64,000 bases of DNA from Calditrichia bacterium (lineage in GTDB: Bacteria > Calditrichota > Calditrichia > JAJRVZ01). A program made the translations under genes and the position numbers. Under the pieces are notes generated by a model that saw only the letters and a program-made list of their open reading frames with translations, had not been told where the DNA came from and made no database searches. The stretch spans positions 896,001 through 960,000 of the forward strand of contig CAWCNS010000007.1 of the NCBI GenBank assembly GCA_963796965.1, in the 5' to 3' direction. Positions 54,823 to 64,000 of this stretch are shown piece after piece (positions within the stretch are counted from its first letter, which is position 1; each line of letters opens with the position of its first letter).

Positions 54823-55012
54823 TGCGGGATCAGAATTTCCTCTTCCCTCAAGAAGTGCTTATAAAATAATACGGAATCTTAGAATTGTCAAAGAACGAGT
54901 AAATTTTTACAAGAGAGACTGACATACATTGAGGTCAGTTTCTCTTGACTTTAATCTTAATAACTCTGTGGTTATTTTTTGACACTACGTCAGATCAGTA
55001 TGGGAGATATTT

Positions 55013-55849
55013 ATGGATATTAATGTGTATAAAAGAGCTGCTGAAATTATTATTGAAGCCGATGCCATACTCATAACTGCAGGTGCAGGTATGGGAGTTG
55101 ATTCAGGTTTACCAGATTTCCGTGGCAATGAAGGTTTCTGGAATGCTTATCCATTGATTGCTAAGCGTGGTATTCCTTTTTATGAGATGGCCAATCCCAA
55201 ATGGTTTGACAGTGATCCGAAAATTGGCTGGGCATTCTATGGACATCGCCTGAATCTATACCGGGATACACAGCCACATGCAGGCTTTACTCAACTACTT
55301 AACCTGACAGAGAGTAAAATTGGAAAATTTTTTGTATTTACATCAAACGTTGACGGGCAATTTCAAAAAGCAGGATTTTCTGAAGAAAGAATAGAAGAGT
55401 GCCATGGCTCTATTCATCATCTTCAATGTAGCCGGCCCTGTTCCAGCCACATTTGGTCTGCAGAAGACATAAATATTAATATCGATGAAGAAAATTTTGA
55501 GGCTCAAGAACCTTTTCCAACATGTGAACGATGTGGTGCCATAGCCCGACCCAATATATTGATGTTCGGCGACTGGTCGTGGGTTTCTGGACGAACAAGT
55601 AAGCAGGAGAATCGGTTGAATTCATGGCTCGATTCAATTAGTAATAAAAAAAGGAAGGTAGCTATTATCGAAATGGGTGCGGGAACAGCGGTTCCTACCG
55701 TGAGACATCTTTCCGAGAGTATTGCCAGCCAGTTCTCAGCCCATCTTATCAGAATTAATCCACAAGATTCATCCGTTCCGTCTGGGCATATATCAATTGA
55801 GTCAAATGCAGCGGATGCAATTCATCAAATAATTACATCTATGAAATAA
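55013..55849 (+). CDS. Sir2 family NAD-dependent deacylase-like protein
   Basis: TAGAGMGVDSGLPDFRG, TSNVDGQF, ECHGS, CxxC, RPNILMF, GAG. Confidence 0.9.
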   Translation: MDINVYKRAAEIIIEADAILITAGAGMGVDSGLPDFRGNEGFWNAYPLIAKRGIPFYEMANPKWFDSDPKIGWAFYGHRLNLYRDTQPHAGFTQLLNLTESKIGKFFVFTSNVDGQFQKAGFSEERIEECHGSIHHLQCSRPCSSHIWSAEDININIDEENFEAQEPFPTCERCGAIARPNILMFGDWSWVSGRTSKQENRLNSWLDSISNKKRKVAIIEMGAGTAVPTVRHLSESIASQFSAHLIRINPQDSSVPSGHISIESNAADAIHQIITSMK

Positions 55850-55882
55850 ACGAGTCATTCCTCACCATAAATGTAATCAAAA

Positions 55883-56815
55883 TCAAAATGATCCGAGATC
55901 TGAGGCCAGACAATTTTCATTTACCTGTGCAGACGTCTTTGCACCAGGTATAGCAGTATGACAGGCAGGATGTGAAATACAGAATCGCAGACTGGTCACG
56001 ACTTCACTTTCATCTGGATATTTATCAAATAGTGGTTGCAGGGATTCGGATTTTTCCAGGTATTCCTCCAATTTTTCAGGGGAAAGATTCATATGACGAT
56101 GATCATCTTCATTAAAACGACTCGTCCGATCAAATTTTCCAGATAAGAATCCAAATAAGATTGGGATTCTAACAATAACACCGATCCCATAATTTATCGC
56201 TTTGGGAAATAATACTTTTTCTGCCTCTCTTTCAATGAGGTTATATCGTACCTGAATACAATCAATTAATTGATAATGATCATCCAACAAAAAAGCCTGC
56301 TCACTTTCCTTGAAAGATTGTACACTCCAACCTGCATGCAAAATTTTACCATCATTTTTTAATTTCTCCAATGCCAGCCAGGGGTCGTCGCGTTTAAGTA
56401 TCTCGGTATCCGGGCTATGTAATTGGAGAATATCAAGCTTCTCTACACCTAATCTTTTAATACTTTTTTCGGCGGCCGCAATCAGATAATTCTTATCATA
56501 ATTTTGTCGAATCGGACCATAACCCTTATCATCTGATGAAGAAGCATTGTAGAAGTCATTTCCAGCTTTCGTGGCAATAATAATCTCCTTGTCGCCTGAT
56601 TGTGATAAAACATCACGGATAAGATCTTCTGAATGACCAAATCCATAGACATCTGCTGTATCAAGAAAATTTACGCCATTCTCAAGTGCCGCTTTTATGG
56701 CATTTTTTGAGACAGTATCATCCGTCTTACCCCAATTCATTCCGCCTATTGCCCAGGCACCAAATCCAATGGTTGATACCCGCGGACCTCTTTTACCTAA
56801 ATTGACATATTTCAT
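55883..56815 (-). CDS. Aldo/keto reductase
   Basis: IGFGAWAIGG, DTADVYG.G.SE, ATK, LQLH, IPGAKT. Confidence 0.92.
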   Translation of the reverse strand: MKYVNLGKRGPRVSTIGFGAWAIGGMNWGKTDDTVSKNAIKAALENGVNFLDTADVYGFGHSEDLIRDVLSQSGDKEIIIATKAGNDFYNASSSDDKGYGPIRQNYDKNYLIAAAEKSIKRLGVEKLDILQLHSPDTEILKRDDPWLALEKLKNDGKILHAGWSVQSFKESEQAFLLDDHYQLIDCIQVRYNLIEREAEKVLFPKAINYGIGVIVRIPILFGFLSGKFDRTSRFNEDDHRHMNLSPEKLEEYLEKSESLQPLFDKYPDESEVVTSLRFCISHPACHTAIPGAKTSAQVNENCLASDLGSF

Positions 56816-56995
56816 TATTTTTTATACCTTTTAATATAAGCATTGTTGGTTTGGTAACTGAAAAAATTTATTAATATTTAGACAAATAATCATATGATAA
56901 GAAAAATAATCTGACATATAGAATCGCAGGGCACTTAAGTAACCTTCTTTAACTTTTAGCGTCATCATTTTAGAAAAATTAGGGCTCATAAGGCA

Positions 56996-58243
56996 ATGAT
57001 TAAAGAAAAAGTTTTCTCTTCACATTATATTAGTCGCATTGCTAGGTCTAAACCTAAGTTGTAATGACACATCGGTTAATCCTGAAACTATACCTGTTTA
57101 CGAACGCGGTTATCTCATTGAATCTGAAGAGATTGGTACTTATACACCTGAACAGATCAGTCAGATTCTTACATTTCTTGATATTGATCATGATCTGGTC
57201 CTTAGAACACTGTAAAGGTTATTAAAATTGTATATCAGACAACAGATTCGAAAGGAACTCTTTTAAAGGCCTCCGGGGCAATAATGGTTCCTCAGACTTC
57301 TGCAATCGCTACCACATACTTTCCATAAATCATGGGACAGTCGTAAAGCGAACGAATGTCGCCTCCGAAGGGCCCCTAAGTTCTGTTGAGGGTGTCGGAG
57401 GATTAATTACTGCTTCGCTTGGCTATTTGACCTGCGTTCCTGATTATTTGGGCTATGGTATCTCAGAAGAGATCCATCCCTATGTTCATGCAAAATCATT
57501 GGCCATATCTATAATTGATATGATCCGCGCTACCATTCGCTATAGTGATATAGAAAGTATTGATATAACCAAACATTTATATCTGACAGGTTATTCTGAA
57601 GGCGGATATGCGACGCTGGCGACACAGAAGGAAATAGAAGAATTTTACAGCACTGAATTTGAGTTGATTGCTGTTGCGCCCATGGCGGGACCCTATGATT
57701 TATCCGGGGTTGTAGATACTATAATGAGCAAAGATACGTATCCATCTCCTGTATACATTGCCTTTATGATGACTGCCTATAATGATATTTATGGCTGGAA
57801 CCGACTCAATGACATATTCAATTCGCCATACGCATCTATGATGGAGGATTTTTTTGATGGAACAATATCCTATTCAGATATTCACAACCAATTGCCAAAT
57901 AAACTCACCTCTCTTTTAAAGCCACAATTTGTTTCAGACTATTTAAATGGAGATGAGCCGGAGATAAAAAATGCCATGGAGGAAAATACCCTCCTCAACT
58001 GGTCACCGCAAACTCAGATAAGGTTTTTCCATGGAAATGCTGACGAAGATGTTCCGTACAGTAACGTTTTGAATACAATAGATAAATTGAAAAGCCAGAC
58101 AGATCAGGAAATTACGTCTGGTTACGATTGAGGGTGGCACCCATGCAAGTTCCGGTTTACCATGCATATTTGGAATGATTGAGTGGTTTGAACAAATTAG
58201 GACTAATTTGGAAAAACACTATCAACCTCTTGCCCAAAGATAA
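56996..58243 (+). CDS. Secreted lipase-like alpha/beta hydrolase lipoprotein (frameshifts near 57205, 57330 and 58115)
   Basis: Signal peptide with LSC, HGT, PDYLGYG, GYSEGG nucleophile, HGNADEDVP, GGTH in shifted frame. Confidence 0.75.
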
Positions 58244-58323
58244 GCACGTAATATTTTTTATGGTATTCTTATAAATCTGATCTTCCAGTTTGCATTCTTT
58301 ACACTCAGACAATCAACATCCAT

Positions 58324-59106
58324 ATGAAAACGGCCTATCTCAGATTTTATGCTGAATTAAATGATTTCTTACCTGTAGACAAGCGACAGAGATCTTTTGC
58401 TTATCAGTTCTCTCTCTCCCCCTCTGTTAAAGATGTCGTAGAATCATGTGGCGTTCCCCACTCAGAAATTGATGTTATTCTGATTAACCATGAATCTGTT
58501 CAGTTTACTTATTCTTTAAATAATGGTGACCGTGTTAGCATATATCCCGTATTCGAAACATTTGATATGTCCCCTTTAATTAGACTTCGGGCGAAACCCC
58601 TCAGGACCACAAAATTCATATTAGATGAGACTCTGGGGAAATTGACAGGGAAGATGAGGATGTTAGGATTTGATTCGATTAACGAAGTGGCACAGGATAA
58701 AAGCGAATTCATCCACAGAGCATTAGACGAAAAAAGAATAATTCTTACCAAAAGCCGCAATTTGCTAAAATTCAAATCAATTTCTCACGGATATTGGATC
58801 AGAGCAACAGAAATTAATGAGCAGATAGACGAAGTTATCTCAAGATTTGATTTGTATTCGCAAATAAAGCCATTCACACGGTGTATTTCATGTAATGGAA
58901 AGATACACGCTGTTCAAAAAGAAGATATTACGGATCTGGTTCCAATAAAGATAATCAGATATCAAAGAAAATTCTGGCAATGCAAACTATGTCATAAAAT
59001 TTATTGGCAAGGTTCACATCATCAAAAAATGTTAGAGCAGATAAAACACATTATATCAGAAGGCCAGTCTGATTCTATTAATCCCCAAATTCCGGATATT
59101 AAATAG
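58324..59106 (+). CDS. Mut7-C ubiquitin/RNase domain protein
   Basis: RFYAELNDFL, GVPHSEID, RMLGFD, RCISCNG..CKLCHKIYWQGSH. Confidence 0.9.
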   Translation: MKTAYLRFYAELNDFLPVDKRQRSFAYQFSLSPSVKDVVESCGVPHSEIDVILINHESVQFTYSLNNGDRVSIYPVFETFDMSPLIRLRAKPLRTTKFILDETLGKLTGKMRMLGFDSINEVAQDKSEFIHRALDEKRIILTKSRNLLKFKSISHGYWIRATEINEQIDEVISRFDLYSQIKPFTRCISCNGKIHAVQKEDITDLVPIKIIRYQRKFWQCKLCHKIYWQGSHHQKMLEQIKHIISEGQSDSINPQIPDIK

Positions 59107-59140
59107 AATGACCATTAGTCTCATTACTGTTTCATTAGTA

Positions 59141-59980
59141 TTACATATATGCGCTCAGGGTTATGGAATAGAGTCCGATCTGATTCTTCCTGAATTTGAG
59201 TAAATCATTATCATCAAGAAATTTTTTCAGCAATTTATCTTGCAAATTTATTTCTTTCTGCTGATTTATTTTAATCCGATTAAATCCAATCTTTCGAATC
59301 ATTTCCTCAACATCATTAAGATCCGAGGCACCGGATACACAACCTGCATATAGTTCTGCGGAATGTTTTAGTGGTTCAGGTAATTCACCTTTGGTCACTA
59401 TATCCGAGACACAAAAATGCCCTCCCTCCCGTAATACACGATAGATTTCCCGATATACTTTCTCCTTGTCTGGGACAAGATTAATAACACAATTACTAAC
59501 AACTACGTCGACTGTATTATCCTCAACCGGTAGATTCTCAATATCTCCATATCTGAACTCTACATTTGAGAAGCCTAATTTCTTTTTATTCTGATTTGCT
59601 CTCTCGATCATTTTCTCTGTCATATCAACCCCAATGACCCAACCGTCCTCTCCAACATAATTCCGGGCAATAAAAACATCATTCCCTGCTCCTGACCCCA
59701 AGTCAAGGACGGTATCTCCCTTTTTAATATTAGCAAATTCAGTCGGTATCCCACACCCCAGACCTAAATCTGCCTCTGGAACATACCCTTGAACAGAACT
59801 ATATTCATCCCCAAGTATTTTTATATCCATATCATTAGGTTCACAGCAGGAGATTTGCACCGGTGTCTCTTTAGTAGGGGTACAGCAACCGGCAGACGAT
59901 TTCTCGTTTATAACGGTTAAATTTGCAATCTCCCCATATTTCTCTTTGACGATTTCTTTAACATTTCTATCTGACTTCAT
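59141..59980 (-). CDS. arsM: Arsenite methyltransferase
   Basis: N-terminal CC pairs, LGLGCGIP, VLDLGSGAG.D, SNCVINL, GCVSGA; downstream of ArsR. Confidence 0.9.
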   Translation of the reverse strand: MKSDRNVKEIVKEKYGEIANLTVINEKSSAGCCTPTKETPVQISCCEPNDMDIKILGDEYSSVQGYVPEADLGLGCGIPTEFANIKKGDTVLDLGSGAGNDVFIARNYVGEDGWVIGVDMTEKMIERANQNKKKLGFSNVEFRYGDIENLPVEDNTVDVVVSNCVINLVPDKEKVYREIYRVLREGGHFCVSDIVTKGELPEPLKHSAELYAGCVSGASDLNDVEEMIRKIGFNRIKINQQKEINLQDKLLKKFLDDNDLLKFRKNQIGLYSITLSAYM

Positions 59981-60019
59981 GACACTCCCCTTATATATTT
60001 ACTTTATCCAATATTATAA

Positions 60020-60338
60020 TTAGCAGCATTTCAAACCGGAAAAAAGATTTAAATACATTTCCTTGGCCTTGTTTAAGGTTTGATAATTTATACAATAGCA
60101 TACTTTGGGACCGTCGATATCTCCTTGAATCAAACCACTGTTTTTTAATTCTTTAAGATGTTGGGAGACGGTGGATTGAGCTAGTGGCAATAGCCTCTAC
60201 CAACTCTCCACATTGACAGACATTGTTTTGACTAAGTATTTTAAGAATTTTTACTCTTACGGGATGAGATAATGCTTTGGCTATCTCAGATATTTTTTTT
60301 TCATCTTCATCAAAGGTATCAATTTTAGATATTACCAC
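60020..60338 (-). CDS. arsR: ArsR/SmtB family repressor (frameshift near 60190)
   Basis: [15 protein letters not shown], shifted frame [21 protein letters not shown] stop. Confidence 0.8.
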
Positions 60339-60375
60339 TTCTAATCCTCATTTAAAACTTAATAAGTGTTATTAT

Positions 60376-60408
60376 TATTCATCGTATATCGTAAATATAC
60401 GATGAATA
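60376..60408. promoter_or_regulatory. Putative ArsR operator, perfect 14-5-14 inverted repeat
   Basis: TATTCATCGTATAT-cgtaa-ATATACGATGAATA, 37 bp upstream of arsR. Confidence 0.7.
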
Positions 60409-60480
60409 GTTCATATTTCAAATTTTTTCTTGAAATATCGGTTATTTTAATTGGACAGAGGTAATTGACTATGGCTGGCA

Positions 60481-61566
60481 TTATTTAAAAAATAGTTCTG
60501 TTTTATAACCCTTGGATTGTAGACTTTCTTTATGCTGCTCAAGAAATAATAGGATGGTTTCTATGCTTGTCGCATATAACATACCTGGTTCGACAATTTC
60601 CTGCCTCTCTATATGAATATCCCCCGTATACGGACGGAAAGTCTCCCAGTCCTCTATACTTTTACCCAGATATGGCACCAATGTGTATTGCGTCTTTCCG
60701 GATATCCCTTTTGCCATCCCTACAAGCTCAAAATTCGGGACACCATCCCTTATGGCCAATATAATCCCTCCGCTAATGCCTTTTTGAAGAGTTGCATCAA
60801 GTAAAAAGGAATGAGAGGTATCATAATTAGGACTACTCACGATTGCAGTCGAAATCATTTTTTTTGCCCTCGGAAATCCCAATATATATACAAAACTACC
60901 CCAATCAAGTTCCTTTGCATTCCCGAGGGATAATTTAAGTGTTTTTGCAGTTTGATTAGGTTTTCCGGCCAGAAAACTGTCACCAACATCCAGAACCTTC
61001 CCTATTACTGCAATATCATTAACCTCATCGAGGGCAAGAATCTCGAAGTCATAGGTCGTTGGCTGAGATATAATGTTTGCTGTTTGCCGCACCTTAATGA
61101 TGAAATAATTTATATTCGGAGTATCTTTCCCGTTACTATCCGGATGATAGGTGATTATCGTATCAGGATTATTGACTATATGGGCACAGGTTATAAATGC
61201 AACTTTATCATTATCCTTATACACCAAGGTTGCGGTTCCCGAAGATGGTTGTTCGAATACAACAGAGTTGTGAGAGTTAAGATCATTATTTCCTGCAATC
61301 AAATCCGCTTTGGTAATTGGTGTATTTTTGTCAAAATAATAACTCTCATAAATAGTCAGAACACTAACCAGATTTATTGATTTTAATATTTCACGTAAAT
61401 ATCCTGATACCTCGGTTACCGGAAACCCCGAATCATACTTATTATCCCCTAATTGAGGTTTCTCCAATTGGGTAGACGTTGATTCTGGATGACAACTCAC
61501 TAAGATCATAAAAAAAAGAGTTGCTATACATACTATCTTTATTGTTTTAATCTTTACATAGGTCAT
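60481..61566 (-). CDS. Trypsin-like serine protease lipoprotein
   Basis: Lipobox LVSC; TCAHIV, DIAVI, GISGG catalytic triad pattern. Confidence 0.75.
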   Translation of the reverse strand: MTYVKIKTIKIVCIATLFFMILVSCHPESTSTQLEKPQLGDNKYDSGFPVTEVSGYLREILKSINLVSVLTIYESYYFDKNTPITKADLIAGNNDLNSHNSVVFEQPSSGTATLVYKDNDKVAFITCAHIVNNPDTIITYHPDSNGKDTPNINYFIIKVRQTANIISQPTTYDFEILALDEVNDIAVIGKVLDVGDSFLAGKPNQTAKTLKLSLGNAKELDWGSFVYILGFPRAKKMISTAIVSSPNYDTSHSFLLDATLQKGISGGIILAIRDGVPNFELVGMAKGISGKTQYTLVPYLGKSIEDWETFRPYTGDIHIERQEIVEPGMLYATSIETILLFLEQHKESLQSKGYKTELFFK

Positions 61567-61578
61567 ATAACGCCTGTC

Positions 61579-62526
61579 CTACCATGGGAGATGATTTAAA
61601 TCAACATTTCCGCCTGAGAGAATCAAACCGATCTTTTTACTCCGAATAAGTTCTTTATTTTTTAACAACACAGCCAAAACAACAGCAGATGAAGGTTCGA
61701 CAATGATTTTCATTCTCTCCCAGATTAGCCTCATTGCCTCAATAATTAATTCATCTTCCACCGTTAGAATCTTATAAACCCTGGAACGAATTATTTCAAA
61801 TGTAATATTTCCAAGAGAAGTCAAAAGACCATCGGCAATAGTGTTAGGATTAACAGATGGTTGTATTTTACCCGTTTCTAATGATCTAAAAGCATCATCA
61901 GCACCGGCCGGCTCGGCGCCTACAACCTTTATTTCCGGATTCAACAAAGAAGCAGAAATGGCTGTTCCGCTTAGTAATCCTCCACCCCCTACTGGCGCAA
62001 TAACCATATCCAAATCAGGAATATCTTCCAAAAGCTCCAGACAGGCAGTTGAGGCCCCCTTTATAACCTGCATATTGTTAAAAGGATGAATAAAAACCGC
62101 ACCGGTTTTTTCAACAACCTTCTCCAGATTTTCTTCTCGGGATTGAAGTGTAGGCTCACAGAAAGTTATTTCTGCTCCATAAGCGGCCACAGCCTTTTTT
62201 TTGATCTCTGGAGCTGTCCGCGGCATCACAATATGGCCGGCAATACCACGGTTTTTTGCCGCCAGGGTCAATGCTGCAGCATGATTACCCGATGAGTGGG
62301 TTGCAACCCCCTTTGCCGCTTCATCTTTAGTCAAAGACATAACGGCATTTGTTGCCCCTCTGAATTTAAAGGCACCCACTTTTTGAAGATTCTCGCATTT
62401 AAAATATAGTTCTGCATCAACTTGTTCATTAATACCCGTTGATGTCATCACAGGTGTGCGATGAATAAAGGGTTTAATTTTTTCTGCAACAGATTTGATT
62501 TCTTTTAGTGTAGGTAACTCTTGCAT
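61579..62526 (-). CDS. PLP-dependent serine/threonine dehydratase or serine racemase
   Basis: FKCENLQKVGAFKFRGA, HSSGNH, PVGGGGL, EPSSA, LSGGN. Confidence 0.92.
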   Translation of the reverse strand: MQELPTLKEIKSVAEKIKPFIHRTPVMTSTGINEQVDAELYFKCENLQKVGAFKFRGATNAVMSLTKDEAAKGVATHSSGNHAAALTLAAKNRGIAGHIVMPRTAPEIKKKAVAAYGAEITFCEPTLQSREENLEKVVEKTGAVFIHPFNNMQVIKGASTACLELLEDIPDLDMVIAPVGGGGLLSGTAISASLLNPEIKVVGAEPAGADDAFRSLETGKIQPSVNPNTIADGLLTSLGNITFEIIRSRVYKILTVEDELIIEAMRLIWERMKIIVEPSSAVVLAVLLKNKELIRSKKIGLILSGGNVDLNHLPW

Positions 62527-62625
62527 AGTATTTCAAACCATCCTGTTTATAAGATGTTAGTGGAATTGAATCAATCATGTATATACGTTAAATTAGACCG
62601 TGGACTGCTTTAAAAATCAACTATC

Positions 62626-62714
<89 letters not shown>

Positions 62715-62846
62715 GCTTAAGACAAAAGACAAAAGAACTAAGACAAGAATTATCAATAAGAGAGAAATGTTATCTCTGTTTTTTTCTTTTGTCCTTTTTC
62801 TTTTTTCTTGATAGACCTACCTCTCAGCTATGCATAGCGATCAATA

Positions 62847-62888
62847 AAAAAACACCCCTTCCAGAAAACTGCTCTGAAGGGGGTGTTG
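62847..62888 (-). terminator. Intrinsic terminator hairpin, possibly bidirectional
   Basis: AAAAAACACCCCTTC..GAAGGGGGTGTT; U-tract on the minus strand. Confidence 0.65.
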
Positions 62889-62907
62889 GATTGCTGTGTA
62901 ATTAGGT

Positions 62908-63021
62908 TTACTTGATGAGTATCATCTTCTTTACATCCTGAAATTCACCACTCCGTCTCACCGAATCTTCGATTTCAAGTTTATAAAAGTAGATTCCGCT
63001 AGATAAACTAAATTCAGCCAT
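62908..63021 (-). pseudogene. Remnant of a T9SS-type C-terminal sorting domain
   Basis: Translates to MAEFSLSSGIYFYKLEIEDSVRRSGEFQDVKKMILIK; 3' end nearly identical to 63591-63631. Confidence 0.65.
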
Positions 63022-63062
63022 ACTACGCGCAGGATTTTATTTAAATTCCATCCATTTATAAC

Positions 63063-63491
63063 CTAATAAAGTTGAAAATTTATAATCTGAATGTCTTCCG
63101 TGCAGTGAACACTTACGGCAGGCCAGTTTTTATGTTTATATCCTGCTTTCGATGCTCGGATATTGCAAAATCCGTTTCCCAAACAATACTCATTGTCTTT
63201 GAGATTGTAGACGATTTTGTATTCACCATCTTCATTCGTATAATCTGTAGCAATGCTGTACATATACTCAGTGGATAATATTTTACTGAAATCATCGTCC
63301 CAATCATCAAAGTCATTTTCCCACCGCCACATCTGAACAGTCACTTTCTCCGCTGGTGAGCCATCCGATTGATAGGTTACAATACCCTCGATATGAATGG
63401 TTCGCGGAGAATCAGATTCAAGATCACAACTAAACGCTGATAAAATGATGAGTATCAGAAGAGCCAATTGGAAAGAGTTAAATATTCTCAC
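63063..63491 (-). CDS. Hypothetical lipoprotein with carboxypeptidase regulatory-like fold
   Basis: Lipobox AFSC; IEGIVT..DGSP..TNEDGEY..ASKAGY. Confidence 0.65.
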   Translation of the reverse strand: MRIFNSFQLALLILIILSAFSCDLESDSPRTIHIEGIVTYQSDGSPAEKVTVQMWRWENDFDDWDDDFSKILSTEYMYSIATDYTNEDGEYKIVYNLKDNEYCLGNGFCNIRASKAGYKHKNWPAVSVHCTEDIQIINFQLY

Positions 63492-63589
63492 GGCTGACTT
63501 TAAAATATAGAGGAGGTAAAACCACCATTATGTCCATCCTATTCATGAAACTTAACGATTTCCCATCTTACAAATAAGGGACCATAGGT

Positions 63590-64000
63590 CTACTTGATGA
63601 GTATCATCTTCTTCACCTCCTGAAATTCACCTGCTTCTATTCTGTACAGATAAATCCCTGAAGCAAGATCATTTCCCTCAAACTGAAAGGTATGTTTGCC
63701 TGCTTGTAGTTTATCATTAACAACTGTAGCAACCTCTTCACCAAGGATGTTGTAGATTTTGAGTATAACGAATTCAGATTTGGGGAGAGTGAAGTTAATG
63801 GATGTAGATGGATTGAAGGGGTTGGGGTAGTTTTGGGATAGATGATAAGTATTGATTCTACTCGATAGATCTTTAATGACAATTGGAGGTTGATAGGTAT
63901 AAGTTGACTTTTCCTTATTTACCCAATATAAATTATCCCATTTTTGTTTGACCATTTCGATCAAGTTATTGTTTCCATCATTTGTGTAAGTCCACAGTTG
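63590..64000 (-). CDS. Secreted protein with T9SS type A-like C-terminal domain (3' part; 5' end beyond window)
   Basis: Frame open to the window edge; LSQNYPNPFNPST..IYNILGEEV..LASGIYLYRI..KKMILIK. Confidence 0.9.
   Translation of the reverse strand, partial: QLWTYTNDGNNNLIEMVKQKWDNLYWVNKEKSTYTYQPPIVIKDLSSRINTYHLSQNYPNPFNPSTSINFTLPKSEFVILKIYNILGEEVATVVNDKLQAGKHTFQFEGNDLASGIYLYRIEAGEFQEVKKMILIK

Larger units (their letters stand above)
53259..54965 (+). mobile_element. IS110-family insertion sequence inserted at a CT core
   Basis: CT at 53257-53258 and 54964-54965; removal restores CAGTGTA-CT-CTGTGGTT, the inverted partner of 53189-53203; no long TIRs. Confidence 0.88.
53137..54989. mobile_element. 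Second, gene-less copy (about 146 bp) of the 48734-49300 MITE, inverted and interrupted by IS110
   Basis: 53151-53200 matches reverse complement of about 49240-49287; 54966-54989 matches reverse complement of 48734-48757; flanking direct repeat TCAGATCAG (53128-53136, 54990-54998). Confidence 0.75.

Noticed and set aside
55013..55849. Sir2 protein as an anti-phage (Thoeris/DSR-type) effector
   Set aside because: Has the zinc-binding classical sirtuin layout and no defence partner genes nearby

Overview
Bacterial chromosomal window, AT-rich and probably FCB superphylum (Calditrichota-like; inferred only from a T9SS-type C-terminal tail, DUF5686 and gene style). 1-24 kb is housekeeping: PNP, divIVA-like, yggS, dnaG, polA, mutS2, cvpA, yqeY, rpsU, efp with an overlapping HDAC/putative acyltransferase pair, asparaginase, ppdK. 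24.5-35.8 kb is a signalling cluster with three paralogous CheW-less Hpt+CheA-type kinases (one degenerate), CheX and two CheY-like regulators. 36-48 kb is an SOS mutagenesis region (dinB, lexA, a catalytically dead S24 protein, two small genes, a second dinB, rnhA, dnaE2) with a GTGTAC-N4-GTACAC palindrome at three promoters. 48-64 kb is accessory and includes tRNA-Ser(CGA). Main finding: an IS110 element (53259-54965) whose left non-coding end holds a bridge RNA with all four guides readable. The target guides match a repeat inside a TIR/TSD-bounded miniature element present twice here: one copy hosts the IS110, the other carries a GxxExxY nuclease-like gene. Intergenic regions are rich in heptamer arrays and REP-like palindromes. 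More than ten genes show small frameshifts, most likely assembly indel errors. All calls come from reading the sequence; no searches were run.
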